From assembly GCA_964230645.1 (NCBI GenBank), contig CAXRHT010000002.1, positions 1,760,001-1,824,000 of the forward strand: 64,000 nucleotides of DNA, read 5' to 3'. The stretch is from Bdellovibrionales bacterium. Lineage in GTDB: Bacteria; Bdellovibrionota; Bdellovibrionia; Bdellovibrionales; JAGQZY01. Positions 9,594-20,329 of this stretch are shown here, one piece after another; the stretch's first letter is position 1, and every line of letters begins with the position of its first letter. The notes beneath the pieces are model-generated. The model had not been told where the DNA came from, searched no databases, and was given only the letters and a program-made list of their open reading frames with translations. Made by a program: the position numbers and the translations under genes.

Positions 9594-12377
9594 ATGGCGA
9601 AATCGAAAGTTTCAGCAAAGGATTTGGATTCTATTTTCTCCCGCGCCCATTATTTGGCAAACCAAATGATCTTCCAGGCGAACAATCGTAAGGATAAAGC
9701 AAAGGGCGATCCCAAAGTAGGAGGACACTCCTCAGGTAGTACATCAGCCCTCCATATTGTTGGAGCTCTTCACCTGTTTTCTAAAAAAGGCTACGACCAT
9801 ATTTGCAATAAGCCTCACGCCTCTCCTGCGGATCATGCTTTTAACTACCTTCTCGACCAACTTTATACTGATGATGGCGAAAAACTCACTCAGGAAGAAA
9901 AAGACAAGGCCATGATGCGCCTCAGAGCTTTCCCCAATGAGGAGTATCCTCATAGTTTTCAGAGCTACCACTCCGTTTTTGATCCCGATAGCCACAACTT
10001 TTTCCCCTCAGGAACAGTGGGAATCCCCCCTGTAAACGCTGGTTACTTAGCTTTGGCTTACCGTTTTGCTAAAAAACACGGCTACGAAGTTCCTGACGCT
10101 CACTTCTGGTGTGTGATGGGAGATGCGGAGTTTAGAGAGGGCTCTTTGTTTGAAGCCACTCCAGACTTTGCCGAAAGACAGATTGGAAACCTCACCTGGA
10201 TCCTTGATTACAATCGCCAAAGTCTTGATGGACATAGAATCACCAACAAAAAAATAATGGGCGGAACCGACAACGAGCGTATCCAAAAAACAATGGAAGC
10301 CAACGGGTGGGAAGTCATCCAAGTGCGCCACGGTAAAAAGCGCCAAGAGCTCTTTAAGAAAAAAGAGGGTGAAAAGTTCAAAGAGTTTTTAGAACAGGAA
10401 ATCAGTGACTACGCTCTCCAGGCCCTTCTTTTGATCAGAGATCCCAAGAAACTCAAAGAGAACATGGTGAAAAAATACTCAAAGCTAAAGAGCTTTTTTA
10501 ATTCTATCGAAGAAGAAACTCTTTACGGAGCTCTAAGAGATTTCGGTGGTCACGATGTGGAAGCCCTTAGAGAGGCCTTTGAGAAATCAAAAGAATCCAC
10601 AGAAAAACCCACAATTGTAATTGCCCATACACTCAAAGGTTGGGGTCTTGAGATGGAAGCTGAGCAAGGCAACCACTCTTCCCTTCCTAGCAAAAAAGAA
10701 ATGGAAAGCCTAAGAGCTGCCCAAGGCCTTGAAGGCGACACCCTTTTTGCAGGCTTTGAAAAAGGATCGAAAGAAGCTAAGTTTCTTGAAGAGCGTGGCA
10801 AACAGATCGAAAAAGAAATGAAAGAGCAGTTCGATCTTAAAAAGAAAAACCAAGAGTTTTTCAAAAAACAAATCGAAGAAGACGGCGGAATTCCCGATAG
10901 CCTTAACATCAATTTAAAAATGGCGAGCTACCCCCACACCCAATGGATGCTGGGTCAGTGTGCCGCTAAGCTCACTCGTATTGCCAACTCCAAAGATGGC
11001 AACGATTCAAAGCCTCTTGAAGATGATGAAAAACAGTGGCAAACCGCCGGAGAGCTTTTAACCACTATGGCTCCGGACGTTGGAACTAGTACAAACTTAA
11101 ACCCCGCCATGGATGGAAAAGTCTTTGGTGCTAATATTGAAGAAGATTTGGAAACAGAGTTTGGTGTGAGAAACAGCAAACTTCCTGACCTTATTCCTGA
11201 TGAGAAAGGTTCGGATCGTTTCGTTCGTTTTGAAATTACAGAGGCCAACACCATGTCTTGCATGGGATCTTATGGACGAATGCGTGATATCACAGGGGTT
11301 CCTATTTTACCTCTAATGACCGTTTACGATTTCTTTTTAAAACGGGCTCTGGATCAGCTTTTTTATAACCTTTACTGGAAATCAAGTTTCATTCTTGTGG
11401 GTACACCCTCAGGTGTGACGCTTTCTCCGGAAGGCGCTCAGCACGGCTGGAAATCTGACATTCAAATTCCCAACCAAATCACTTGGGAACCGGCCTTCTG
11501 CCAAGAAATGGACTGGATTCTATCAGAGAGCATTCGTCGCCACCTTACTAACGATAACGAAGGTCGAAACGGTGTGATCATTCGCGGAGTGACTCGTGGT
11601 GTGGATCAGAAAATGCTGATGAAATACCTCAAGCGTCAAAAGCGCTTTAAAAAAGAAGATAAGCTTTTAGCTCTTAAAGATTACCCACTTGAGGGAGCCA
11701 CCACAGAGTCTGATGTTGATAGTGTGAAAGATGAAGAGATCATGAAAACCCTAAGAGAAGAAGTTCTTCAAGGAGCTTACTATCTCATCGACTATCGCGG
11801 CTACGCCAACTACGAGCCAGGCGATAATGTGGTCAACATTTTCTCACTTGGCGCACTGGTGACTGAAGCCGTTGATGCGTCCGAAAAACTTTTGGAAAAA
11901 GGTATTTACGCTAACGTTATCGTTGTAACTTCAACTGACCTGTTAGTTGGAAACCTCGCCCATGAGGATAACTACTCTTACTTAAGAGAGCACTTAAAAG
12001 TTTCTGGAGATCTTCACTTACAACCAACCGTTAATGGCAACGCTTCTAGTAGCGAGATTGCCACCCTTTCTGGAAGAAGGGTTCCTTGTGTGAGTGTTCA
12101 CGACGGTGAGCCAGGACTTCTTGATAATATTGGAAGTATCGTGGGTGTTCGCCATGAGACAATGGCCGTGAGAAAGCATTCCAAATGTGGAAGGCCCGTT
12201 GATATTTACGGCTACCATAATATCGACAGCGATGCGGTTGTTGAAGCTTGCGGAAAAGTTCTTTCTGAAACAGCTATGGAAACCATTCGTGTGAGTCAAA
12301 AAGCTTTAAATCAAGCCAACTCGCAAAGTGAAAAACCTTCCGGTGAGTGGACTCAGTTGTGGGATCGAAAGTCTTAA
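9594..12377 (+). CDS. aceE: Pyruvate dehydrogenase E1 component, homodimeric AceE type (divergent)
   Basis: KVGGH, FQSYH, ThDP motif GDAE...NRQSLD, SGVTLSPEGAQH. Confidence 0.85.
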   Translation: MAKSKVSAKDLDSIFSRAHYLANQMIFQANNRKDKAKGDPKVGGHSSGSTSALHIVGALHLFSKKGYDHICNKPHASPADHAFNYLLDQLYTDDGEKLTQEEKDKAMMRLRAFPNEEYPHSFQSYHSVFDPDSHNFFPSGTVGIPPVNAGYLALAYRFAKKHGYEVPDAHFWCVMGDAEFREGSLFEATPDFAERQIGNLTWILDYNRQSLDGHRITNKKIMGGTDNERIQKTMEANGWEVIQVRHGKKRQELFKKKEGEKFKEFLEQEISDYALQALLLIRDPKKLKENMVKKYSKLKSFFNSIEEETLYGALRDFGGHDVEALREAFEKSKESTEKPTIVIAHTLKGWGLEMEAEQGNHSSLPSKKEMESLRAAQGLEGDTLFAGFEKGSKEAKFLEERGKQIEKEMKEQFDLKKKNQEFFKKQIEEDGGIPDSLNINLKMASYPHTQWMLGQCAAKLTRIANSKDGNDSKPLEDDEKQWQTAGELLTTMAPDVGTSTNLNPAMDGKVFGANIEEDLETEFGVRNSKLPDLIPDEKGSDRFVRFEITEANTMSCMGSYGRMRDITGVPILPLMTVYDFFLKRALDQLFYNLYWKSSFILVGTPSGVTLSPEGAQHGWKSDIQIPNQITWEPAFCQEMDWILSESIRRHLTNDNEGRNGVIIRGVTRGVDQKMLMKYLKRQKRFKKEDKLLALKDYPLEGATTESDVDSVKDEEIMKTLREEVLQGAYYLIDYRGYANYEPGDNVVNIFSLGALVTEAVDASEKLLEKGIYANVIVVTSTDLLVGNLAHEDNYSYLREHLKVSGDLHLQPTVNGNASSSEIATLSGRRVPCVSVHDGEPGLLDNIGSIVGVRHETMAVRKHSKCGRPVDIYGYHNIDSDAVVEACGKVLSETAMETIRVSQKALNQANSQSEKPSGEWTQLWDRKS

Positions 12378-13105
12378 CCAAAGAAGGCTTTCGTCTTTTC
12401 AGACATTCAGCAAACGAAACCAAGTTCAAACCCACAGTGATTTTTGTCCATCACATGTGGGGCAACCATAAGACCTGCTGGCGCCATTTTCGCTATCTGA
12501 ACGATAAAGGTTTTAACTGTATCTCTTTTGATCTCCTAATGGGCTCTTCACACACCAAATATCAATACCACCCAGAAATGAAATATATCTATAAAGGTGT
12601 TTTCTACATCTGGACCCGCCAAATTCGCAGTATTCTCGATAGTATCGAAGGTCCAAAGATCGTTTACGCATTCTCAGGCCCCAGTCTCTCAGCACTCTGG
12701 GCCTGCCAGGGGCGCGATGATATCGTTAAGGTGATTTGTGACGGCGGCCCCTTTCATGACCTCTATGAAAACACAAAAAACTTTTTCTATTATGAAATAG
12801 GAATAAAAAATAAAACCCTCAATGCCATCGCCTCATTTTTTGGAACCGCCATCTGGGGTTACAAACCCTTAAGAAAACTTCACCAAGTCCTAAGCTTTTG
12901 GCCAAGCAACATCCCCATACTTTCCATAAGAGGCCGACAAGACAACATCGTTAATATTGAAAGCATTAGAGCGGTTTTTGATCCCCACCCTAAACTTGAT
13001 CTCACCGTCCTTGAATTACAACACGGCAAACACCTCGACGGAATCAGAGACTACCCAGAGGAGTACTGCAAGACTATGTACCCTTTTATTAAAAAAAATC
13101 TTTAG
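12347..13105 (+). CDS. Alpha/beta hydrolase fold protein
   Basis: VIFVHHMWG, YAFSGP nucleophile elbow, IRGRQDNIV, GKHL. Confidence 0.7.
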   Translation: MDSVVGSKVLTKEGFRLFRHSANETKFKPTVIFVHHMWGNHKTCWRHFRYLNDKGFNCISFDLLMGSSHTKYQYHPEMKYIYKGVFYIWTRQIRSILDSIEGPKIVYAFSGPSLSALWACQGRDDIVKVICDGGPFHDLYENTKNFFYYEIGIKNKTLNAIASFFGTAIWGYKPLRKLHQVLSFWPSNIPILSIRGRQDNIVNIESIRAVFDPHPKLDLTVLELQHGKHLDGIRDYPEEYCKTMYPFIKKNL

Positions 13106-13391
13106 CTCAAATTTCAAAAACTATTACAGTGAAAATTTACAAATGACCTAGGAATCCCTGCCATAGTGCCTTCTAGGCAGTGCCGCAAATTGTTTGACAG
13201 TGTCAGGGATCGTACCAAAATTTGTCATACTGATTCATTACCTATTTTCTCACCGAATTACAGGGTGTTGTTAACTCTTTAATTTTGTTTTTGAAGTGCT
13301 GTTGTCTTTTTTGACATTCCTTTTGCCTTCGTTTTGGCCCCTCTTTTGTATTTTATAAAACTTGAGTGCAATCAAGCACCAGAGGGAAACG

Positions 13392-14861
13392 ATGTTGCTA
13401 AAAGGAATTAAAATAGAATCTATAATTTGTTTTTTGGCACTTTTGGTGAGTGCTTTGATTCTGCCACAGGTGAGCTTCGCTGCGGAACCGGCTCCTGAAG
13501 AACTAGTAAATCGTTTTTTGGAAAGAAACCAACTTTTGGCCATCGAATATTTTGAGTCCAATTTATCAAACCTTGAAAAGTTTGTGGACTGCTTAGAAGA
13601 TGCTTCCCGGTGCTCCCACTCAAATCTTGAAGTGAGCCGTGGAGAAGAGATCATTGAAATCGAATTTACTCAGGCTAATCTTGTTGAGTTCATTCGTGCA
13701 CGGTACTCAGAGCTTAGAATATTAGGCGGTATTCATTCCTACACCGCAGTAGAAAGAGGTCTGGCTCTAGGGAGAGGACGGATGTCAATTACGCCCTTTC
13801 ATGGTTCAAACGCTATTATTTTTGATACTCGCGATGAACCCGGTGAGAGAGAATGGCAGCAGATTCAAGACATCTACAATGGAGAACTTCAAGCCATTGA
13901 ATTTCATAATGAGCAAATCCACCGTAACCGATTCACTTTTGGTGAGGCCACGACCGCTACTATGAGAGATGTTGTTAAAGCGCAAATGGTAGCACTTCTT
14001 CAAAAGTTTCCTTTTCTTAAGCATATGACTCGTCATAATCCGGGACGAGAAGAAGTGCTTGAGGCCTTTTCAAGGCTCAAACGCTCTTACATTAACACCC
14101 TCACACATATCGCTACTCTTGAGGGAGATGACCGCTTCGAACTTTTTGGCTTTGTGGCAACACTCCAGTCTGCTTTTTCTGAATTTAATGATGAGGAGCA
14201 GGCTTTGCTTGAAGAGCACTTCGAATACATTGAAGAAACCAATACCATCTGGAATCAAATTTTAGATCTTGTAACCAGTCGATACTTTCTCGGAATGATC
14301 GGTTGTTGGACCGCTTCTGTTTTTATTCCCCCTGTGGCTGCCATTTGTGGAGCCATCGGTGTCGGCTTTGCCGTACCTGGTATCTATAATCTCGTTCAAG
14401 ATGGTTTAAGGCTTGGCGATTTTCGGGCGACAGGAGAGTACGATCAAGGAACCTACACTCGCTATATGACCGGCATTTTACTTTCAGGTGGAATGTATTT
14501 GGTAATGGCTCAAACAGCAGTACCCGGTCTTATTCGCAACGTGCGAAGCTTTCACTCTCGCACCACGGATGTGATTCAAAGAGTTCGCCTCTCCCCACGA
14601 ACAGCTTTTGGAACCACTAGAGATATCCTATCAGGAGAGGTTGATGTTCTTTGGCGCTCTTTTCTTTTTAATCTTAAAGATTTTGGTTCTGAGGGTATGG
14701 TTGATTTGGCCGCTCAGCAAATCAATGGCGTTAGTATTCGACAACTTCTTCCCACCATCCGAAGAGCCTTCCAAACAAATCTAGCCCGCATTGAAGCCCG
14801 TAGTCCTCAGATCTTTCTTTATTCCGATGTTTTAAGAGTTTCGCAAACAGTCCTTCCTTAA
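13392..14861 (+). CDS. Hypothetical secreted protein with internal hydrophobic helices
   Basis: Long ORF, AGAGGG SD, signal peptide ending SFA, two hydrophobic regions. Confidence 0.8.
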   Translation: MLLKGIKIESIICFLALLVSALILPQVSFAAEPAPEELVNRFLERNQLLAIEYFESNLSNLEKFVDCLEDASRCSHSNLEVSRGEEIIEIEFTQANLVEFIRARYSELRILGGIHSYTAVERGLALGRGRMSITPFHGSNAIIFDTRDEPGEREWQQIQDIYNGELQAIEFHNEQIHRNRFTFGEATTATMRDVVKAQMVALLQKFPFLKHMTRHNPGREEVLEAFSRLKRSYINTLTHIATLEGDDRFELFGFVATLQSAFSEFNDEEQALLEEHFEYIEETNTIWNQILDLVTSRYFLGMIGCWTASVFIPPVAAICGAIGVGFAVPGIYNLVQDGLRLGDFRATGEYDQGTYTRYMTGILLSGGMYLVMAQTAVPGLIRNVRSFHSRTTDVIQRVRLSPRTAFGTTRDILSGEVDVLWRSFLFNLKDFGSEGMVDLAAQQINGVSIRQLLPTIRRAFQTNLARIEARSPQIFLYSDVLRVSQTVLP

Positions 14862-15029
14862 TTGCAGCCGTGTTTTATTTTAAGTCTCTGGTCCTTAAAA
14901 AAAAGCCCACTGATCACCGATTTCTGCCAATAAACGTCGGCAATCTCGGTGAGTTAACAATTTTTGTCACCCAAGTGGGTAAAGTTTAAACAGAGAAGGA
15001 TTTAATGAGGGGATGAGCTCACTTTTTTC

Positions 15030-15045
15030 TGGCACAGCTCTTGAA
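15030..15045 (+). promoter_or_regulatory. Putative sigma54 -24/-12 element
   Basis: TGGCACAGCTCTTGAA: perfect -24 box, with TTGA instead of TTGC at -12. Confidence 0.5.
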
Positions 15046-15062
15046 CTATTAATTGACGAATT

Positions 15063-16064
15063 ATGATGTTGATAAATCTGTACGTAAAAAATCTATTCGA
15101 AAAATCTCGTCAAAGTCTAAAACACTTAGCTTCATGGGTCCCTTTATTTGCCATCTTGACCCTACTTTACCCTGTGGATGGAAGAGCGGGAGAGATTCAG
15201 TCAAAAGATCTCAGTCTTCCCAAAAAAGAGAAGTTTAAAATTGAGAGTGCTAATTTACAGTCTCAAGATCACACTGTGACTCTTCCTAAAAAGCAAGTGG
15301 AAGTCGCCGAAAAAGAAAAGACTCCCTCAGAGCCTGAGGTTGATGAAAGCCAAGAACAAAATCTACAAGCACTAAATGCTCCCAATCCAGCCGAGGAGAA
15401 ATGCCAGACCACTCTTGTAGGTCAGGACCTTGAGAAAAAGTATCATGAAATTCAAAAACGTCTTGAGAGTGATTTTAAGCGAGGCATGCCTAAACAACTT
15501 CGCACCGATCTTACACGAGTTAGAAAAGATATCGATGAGTTGATCGGTCAACTTTTTGATGTGGATGATAAGAATCCTCAAGAGGTTAATCATATCGTCA
15601 ACCGTACCATCGACTACTTAGAGAAAATGATCACCCTACTTCCTAAGGCCAATAAAATTGCCCCAATGGTTCGAGACCGCTATGTGATTCCTTTTACTAA
15701 TATTAGCTCCATTAAAGCCGAGCACGAAGAGTGTTTAATGAAACACGCTGTTGCTGAGGTTAAAGAGAGCGAAAAAGACTTAGCTTCAAGCAATGAGCCC
15801 AGTATTAATATCTACCGAAAATTGACCGAAGAACTAAAAAACCTCAATCAGAACCTCTACACTCTTCAAACAACAGACGTTCAAAAGTTCATTAACTTTA
15901 GGGCTGACCTTCTTTATAAGCTTGAGAAGTTTAATCAGAAAAAGGGCAAAGGCTCACAGGTCACCGCCAATATCCCAAAAGTACTCAATTCGGTTCACAC
16001 CGAAATTGAAAGACTCCTACCCGGTCTTCAACTCTCCGAAAATTTCTACTCCACCTTCGACTAA
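15063..16064 (+). CDS. Hypothetical secreted or anchored helical protein
   Basis: 333-aa ORF; one N-terminal hydrophobic stretch, low-complexity linker, helical C-terminus. Confidence 0.75.
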   Translation: MMLINLYVKNLFEKSRQSLKHLASWVPLFAILTLLYPVDGRAGEIQSKDLSLPKKEKFKIESANLQSQDHTVTLPKKQVEVAEKEKTPSEPEVDESQEQNLQALNAPNPAEEKCQTTLVGQDLEKKYHEIQKRLESDFKRGMPKQLRTDLTRVRKDIDELIGQLFDVDDKNPQEVNHIVNRTIDYLEKMITLLPKANKIAPMVRDRYVIPFTNISSIKAEHEECLMKHAVAEVKESEKDLASSNEPSINIYRKLTEELKNLNQNLYTLQTTDVQKFINFRADLLYKLEKFNQKKGKGSQVTANIPKVLNSVHTEIERLLPGLQLSENFYSTFD

Positions 16065-16074
16065 AAGGTACCTT

Positions 16075-17769
16075 TTAGAGGCCTTGGGGGATAGAGCTTA
16101 GGAGCTTTTGGGTGTAAGGGTTTTTGGGGGATTGGTAGATTTCTTTGGCTTTGGCCATTTCTACAATTTTACCCTGGTTCATTACGGCTAGATCATCGGC
16201 GATAAATTTTACTACCGCTAAATCATGAGAAATAAATATATAAGTGAGATCGAACTCGTCTTTTAGGTCCATCAGTAGGTTTAGGATCTGGGCTTGGATG
16301 GAAACATCAAGAGCTGAAACTGATTCATCGCAAACTATGAACTCTGGGTCGACCGCTAAGGCTCTTGCGATACAGACTCTTTGTCTCTGCCCGCCTGAGA
16401 ACTCATGGGGGTAGCGGTTAAAGAATTTGGGCTCAAGTCCCACGCGCTCTAAGAGCTCCTCGGCTTTTTGCCTTCTTTCTTTTTTGTCACTTCCAATTTT
16501 ATGAATGGTCATGGGTTCAACAATGGCTGAGCCGATTGTCATTCTCGGATTAAGGCTCGCATACGGATCTTGGAAAATTATTTGGATTTTTCGACGCATC
16601 TGGCGCATGGCTTTTTTATCAAGACCTAATAGGTCTTGTCCTGCGTACTGGATCTCTCCGCTAGTGGGTTCCACTAACCGTAAAAGAGTGCGTCCAAGAG
16701 TGGTTTTACCACAACCGGATTCTCCCACAAGGCCAAGAGTTCTTCCCTTTAAAACATCAAAGCTCACACCATCCACGGCCTTCACCCATGCCGTAGGTGC
16801 TCCAAAAAAGTTTTTCTTTAGGGGATAGTACTTTTTTAAGTCTCTGACTTTTATTAAGGCTTTATGCTCTGCTGAGGGATTCTCATCAGGCTTTTCACCG
16901 AGAGTTTTGAAATCAAATTGTTTTTCTTCTCCGTCAGGACTCATGAAATCACTGACTGTGGCCAGTCGGTTGTAGTTTTTATCAAGGCTTGGGCGACAGG
17001 CAAGAAGACCTTTGGTGTAAGGGTGTTGTGGTTTTTTAAAAATGTTGTGGGCTGAGCCTTCTTCGACTTTATCGCCTTGATACATAACCACCACGTCATC
17101 GGCGATGTCGCCAATCACCCCAAGGTCGTGGGTAATAAACAAAAGACTCATATCGTGCTCTTCTTTAAGTTTAGCCATGAGTTCTAAGATTTGTTTTTGA
17201 ATGGTCACATCAAGGGCTGTTGTGGGCTCATCGGCAATCAAAAGATCGGGCTCACAAGCAATGGCCATAGCGATCATGACTCTTTGCCTTTGTCCGCCGC
17301 TGAGTTCATGGGGATAAGCTTTCACACGCTGTGCGGGGTTTGGGATGCCGACCTCATAAAGAAGTTCTGTAGCTTTTTCCCAAGCTTGTTTTTTATTGAG
17401 TTTTTGATGCAGGCGAATGGCTTCAACGATTTGATAACCCACCGTAAAAACGGGATTGAGGCTTGTCATGGGCTCTTGAAAAATCATAGAGATTTTATTG
17501 CCACGCACTTTCCTCATTTCTTTTTCAGAAAGCTTTAAAAGATCTCGACCTTCAAAAAGAATTTTTCCTCCGGTGATTCTCCCAGGAGGTGAGGCCAGAA
17601 GACCCATCGTGCAAAGACTGGTCACTGATTTTCCGGAGCCGGACTCCCCAACTAGACCCACCGTTTTTCCTTTTGGGATTGAAAATGAGACGTCGTTGAC
17701 GGCTTTCACTAAGCCTTCTTCGGTTTTAAATTCAACGCTCAAATTCTTAATCTCTAAAAGTGGATTCAT
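16075..17769 (-). CDS. Peptide/nickel ABC transporter ATP-binding protein (fused DppD/DppF-type, two NBDs)
   Basis: Two Walker A motifs ([16 protein letters not shown]), LSGGQRQR and FSGGQRQR signatures, HPYT/NPYT tails. Confidence 0.96.
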   Translation of the reverse strand: MNPLLEIKNLSVEFKTEEGLVKAVNDVSFSIPKGKTVGLVGESGSGKSVTSLCTMGLLASPPGRITGGKILFEGRDLLKLSEKEMRKVRGNKISMIFQEPMTSLNPVFTVGYQIVEAIRLHQKLNKKQAWEKATELLYEVGIPNPAQRVKAYPHELSGGQRQRVMIAMAIACEPDLLIADEPTTALDVTIQKQILELMAKLKEEHDMSLLFITHDLGVIGDIADDVVVMYQGDKVEEGSAHNIFKKPQHPYTKGLLACRPSLDKNYNRLATVSDFMSPDGEEKQFDFKTLGEKPDENPSAEHKALIKVRDLKKYYPLKKNFFGAPTAWVKAVDGVSFDVLKGRTLGLVGESGCGKTTLGRTLLRLVEPTSGEIQYAGQDLLGLDKKAMRQMRRKIQIIFQDPYASLNPRMTIGSAIVEPMTIHKIGSDKKERRQKAEELLERVGLEPKFFNRYPHEFSGGQRQRVCIARALAVDPEFIVCDESVSALDVSIQAQILNLLMDLKDEFDLTYIFISHDLAVVKFIADDLAVMNQGKIVEMAKAKEIYQSPKNPYTQKLLSSIPQGL

Positions 17770-17790
17770 TATTATTAGACTACCAGTTCC

Positions 17791-18453
17791 CTAGGAAATT
17801 TTACAAGAGATCATAAGTCCCTCGGCTGTGGGAATTATTCCTGTTGAAAAACCGGCATCACTGAACTGGCTTTCAATGGTTTGCTTCATCACGTTCCACA
17901 TTTTCTTTGGAGTTTTGTCTGGACATTCATCTAAGAACATCGTCCCAAAGAGATAGATGTTATCGATTAAAATCCATCCCCCTTGAACGAGATTGTTTTT
18001 AGACCACTGCAGATAATCAAAATATCCCGATTTATTGGCATCAATAAAGATAAGATCAAAGGGACCGTCCTCTTCAATAGAGGGAAGTTTTTCTTTGGCG
18101 TCACCCTCAAAACGATGAACCACACAACCAAGCTCTTTAAAGTCGGGATGCTCGAAAGTTTTCTGACTCTCCTCAATACATTGAGGGTCTTTTTCAAAGG
18201 TGTAAATCGTGCCACGGTTTTTGAGACCTCTTGCCATCCATGATGCAGAGCATCCATACTGGGTGCCAATCTCCACCACCTTTTTTATATGAGGAGGTGT
18301 ACAAAAGCTCTCCAAGAGAGTTCCCTCCTGAATGCCAATATTAATCCCTAGCCGATCATCACGCTCTAATCTCTCCTCAATCCAGGCGATGAGGGGTGGA
18401 ACAGGTCGGTTTTTTTTAATTAAATCTTCGTGTTGATTGGATTCGTTTCGCAT
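17791..18453 (-). CDS. O-methyltransferase (COMT/CCoAOMT/YrrM-like family)
   Basis: VVEIGTQYGCS, FDLIFIDANK, ILIDN. Confidence 0.9.
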   Translation of the reverse strand: MRNESNQHEDLIKKNRPVPPLIAWIEERLERDDRLGINIGIQEGTLLESFCTPPHIKKVVEIGTQYGCSASWMARGLKNRGTIYTFEKDPQCIEESQKTFEHPDFKELGCVVHRFEGDAKEKLPSIEEDGPFDLIFIDANKSGYFDYLQWSKNNLVQGGWILIDNIYLFGTMFLDECPDKTPKKMWNVMKQTIESQFSDAGFSTGIIPTAEGLMISCKIS

Positions 18454-18543
18454 ACCACATCCTAATAAAGAGCACTCGTTTTGAACAGCTTCAATTGATT
18501 TTTTCTCTGCCCTGTCCGTGCTATAGTTAAGCTCTTAAAAAGG

Positions 18544-20310
18544 ATGAAGTTTTCAATGCTTAAAAATATTCTTCTAGTACTCCTACTCCTTAGTCTTTCT
18601 GCTCAATGCACAAGAAAAAACGAAGCACCCTCCGGTGAGCTCTTTAGTTACCTTGATGCTAATGTACCTAACCTTGATCCGATCCATTCGACCAACAAAT
18701 ACTCCTCCACAGTCACACAAAGCATTTTTGAAGGACTTTATCACTACCATTATTTCAAACGCCCCTTAGAGATTGAACCACTCTTAGCCGAAGCTCTACC
18801 TGAAATTTCTAAAGATGGACTCAACTATACGGTCCGATTGAAAAAAGGGGTTTACTTTCAAGACGACAAAGCTTTTCCAAAAGGAAAAGGCACAGAAGTG
18901 ACAGCAGAAGACTTTATTTATTCGTGGAAAAGGCTTGCTGATCCTAAAAATAAGGGACAAGGCTGGTGGATGCTTGATGATAAGATTGTCGGTCTTAATG
19001 AGTGGCGCGAACTGCGCAAAAAAGGCAAGGCCGACTACAGCACTCCCGTGGAAGGGTTAAAAGCCATTGATCCCTACACATTAAGAATTACTTTAAAACA
19101 ACGCTCCTATCAGTTCCTTCACATTCTTGCCTCGCCTCCAACAGTTGTGGTTGCTCAAGAGGTTGTGGAAAACTATGGGGATCAAATTGGAAATCATCCG
19201 GTAGGGACTGGACCCTACGCTTTGGTGCAATGGGTGCGAAACTCTAAGATCGAGCTTTCTAAAAACGAAAACTACCATAAAAGTTTTTTTCCTAAAGAAG
19301 GCAACCAAGACTCCAACAATAAGGGAGACTTAGAAGACGCTGGAAAACTTTTACCTCTATCGGATAAAGTCACCATTCGGATTATGACTGAAAGACAACC
19401 TTTGTGGCTTTCTTTTCTCAAAGGAAAAATTGATCATGGTGTGATTCCTAAAGATAACAACGACCAAATTTTAGAGAACAATAAAATCCGTAAAGAATAC
19501 GCACAAAAAGGAATTAGCATTCATCCGCAAGACCGGCCCGACGTGCTTTATGTCGGTATCAACATGGAGGACCCGGTATTAGGCAAACATGTCAATCTTC
19601 GCAAAGCGATGAATGCCGCCATCAATCGCGATCTCCTCATCGAAAAACTCTATAGTGGAAGAGGGATCAAGGCCCAAGGCCCTATTCCCCCAAGTATTGT
19701 CGGTTATAACGAAAATTACAAAAGTCCTAACAATTACGACTTAAAAAATGCCAAAAGTCTAATGGCGGAAGCTGGATTTCCCGATGGTAAAGGTTTACCC
19801 GAATTTACTTTAGATCTTCCCAATTCAGACACTTGGTCAAAACAATTTGGAGAGTTTTTGAAAGACCAATGGGGAAAAATTGGAGTTAAGATTAAGCTTG
19901 CTACCAATACTTGGCCCCAGTTTGATAAGAAACTTAAAACCAAGCAGGTGACTCTATTCCCAAATGCTTGGATGGCCGACTACCCGGATAGTGAAAACTT
20001 CCTGCAACTCTTTTATAGTAAAAATATCTCACCAGGTCCCAACAGTTTAAATTTCAAAAATGAAGACTTTGATAGGATGTTTGAGAGGTTTCTCACTCTT
20101 CCTCCGGGCAATGAACGTTATGATCTTACTCAAGAGATGGTTAAGCTTATCAACGAGCACTCACCAGCCTTATTTACCCTACATCGCTCCTTTCGCCTCC
20201 CCTATCATGGGTGGCTCAAAAACTATAACGAGTACCCCATTATTTACGACTACTTAAAATATCTGCGCGTTGATGAAGAAGTAAAAAAGGAATTGATTAA
20301 AAAACTCTAG
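18544..20310 (+). CDS. ABC transporter substrate-binding lipoprotein, family 5 (oligopeptide-type)
   Basis: Lipobox-like SAQC, LDP...IFEGL, PVGTGPY, WMADYPD. Confidence 0.93.
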   Translation: MKFSMLKNILLVLLLLSLSAQCTRKNEAPSGELFSYLDANVPNLDPIHSTNKYSSTVTQSIFEGLYHYHYFKRPLEIEPLLAEALPEISKDGLNYTVRLKKGVYFQDDKAFPKGKGTEVTAEDFIYSWKRLADPKNKGQGWWMLDDKIVGLNEWRELRKKGKADYSTPVEGLKAIDPYTLRITLKQRSYQFLHILASPPTVVVAQEVVENYGDQIGNHPVGTGPYALVQWVRNSKIELSKNENYHKSFFPKEGNQDSNNKGDLEDAGKLLPLSDKVTIRIMTERQPLWLSFLKGKIDHGVIPKDNNDQILENNKIRKEYAQKGISIHPQDRPDVLYVGINMEDPVLGKHVNLRKAMNAAINRDLLIEKLYSGRGIKAQGPIPPSIVGYNENYKSPNNYDLKNAKSLMAEAGFPDGKGLPEFTLDLPNSDTWSKQFGEFLKDQWGKIGVKIKLATNTWPQFDKKLKTKQVTLFPNAWMADYPDSENFLQLFYSKNISPGPNSLNFKNEDFDRMFERFLTLPPGNERYDLTQEMVKLINEHSPALFTLHRSFRLPYHGWLKNYNEYPIIYDYLKYLRVDEEVKKELIKKL

Positions 20311-20329
20311 CCCACAGACCAAAGAGATA

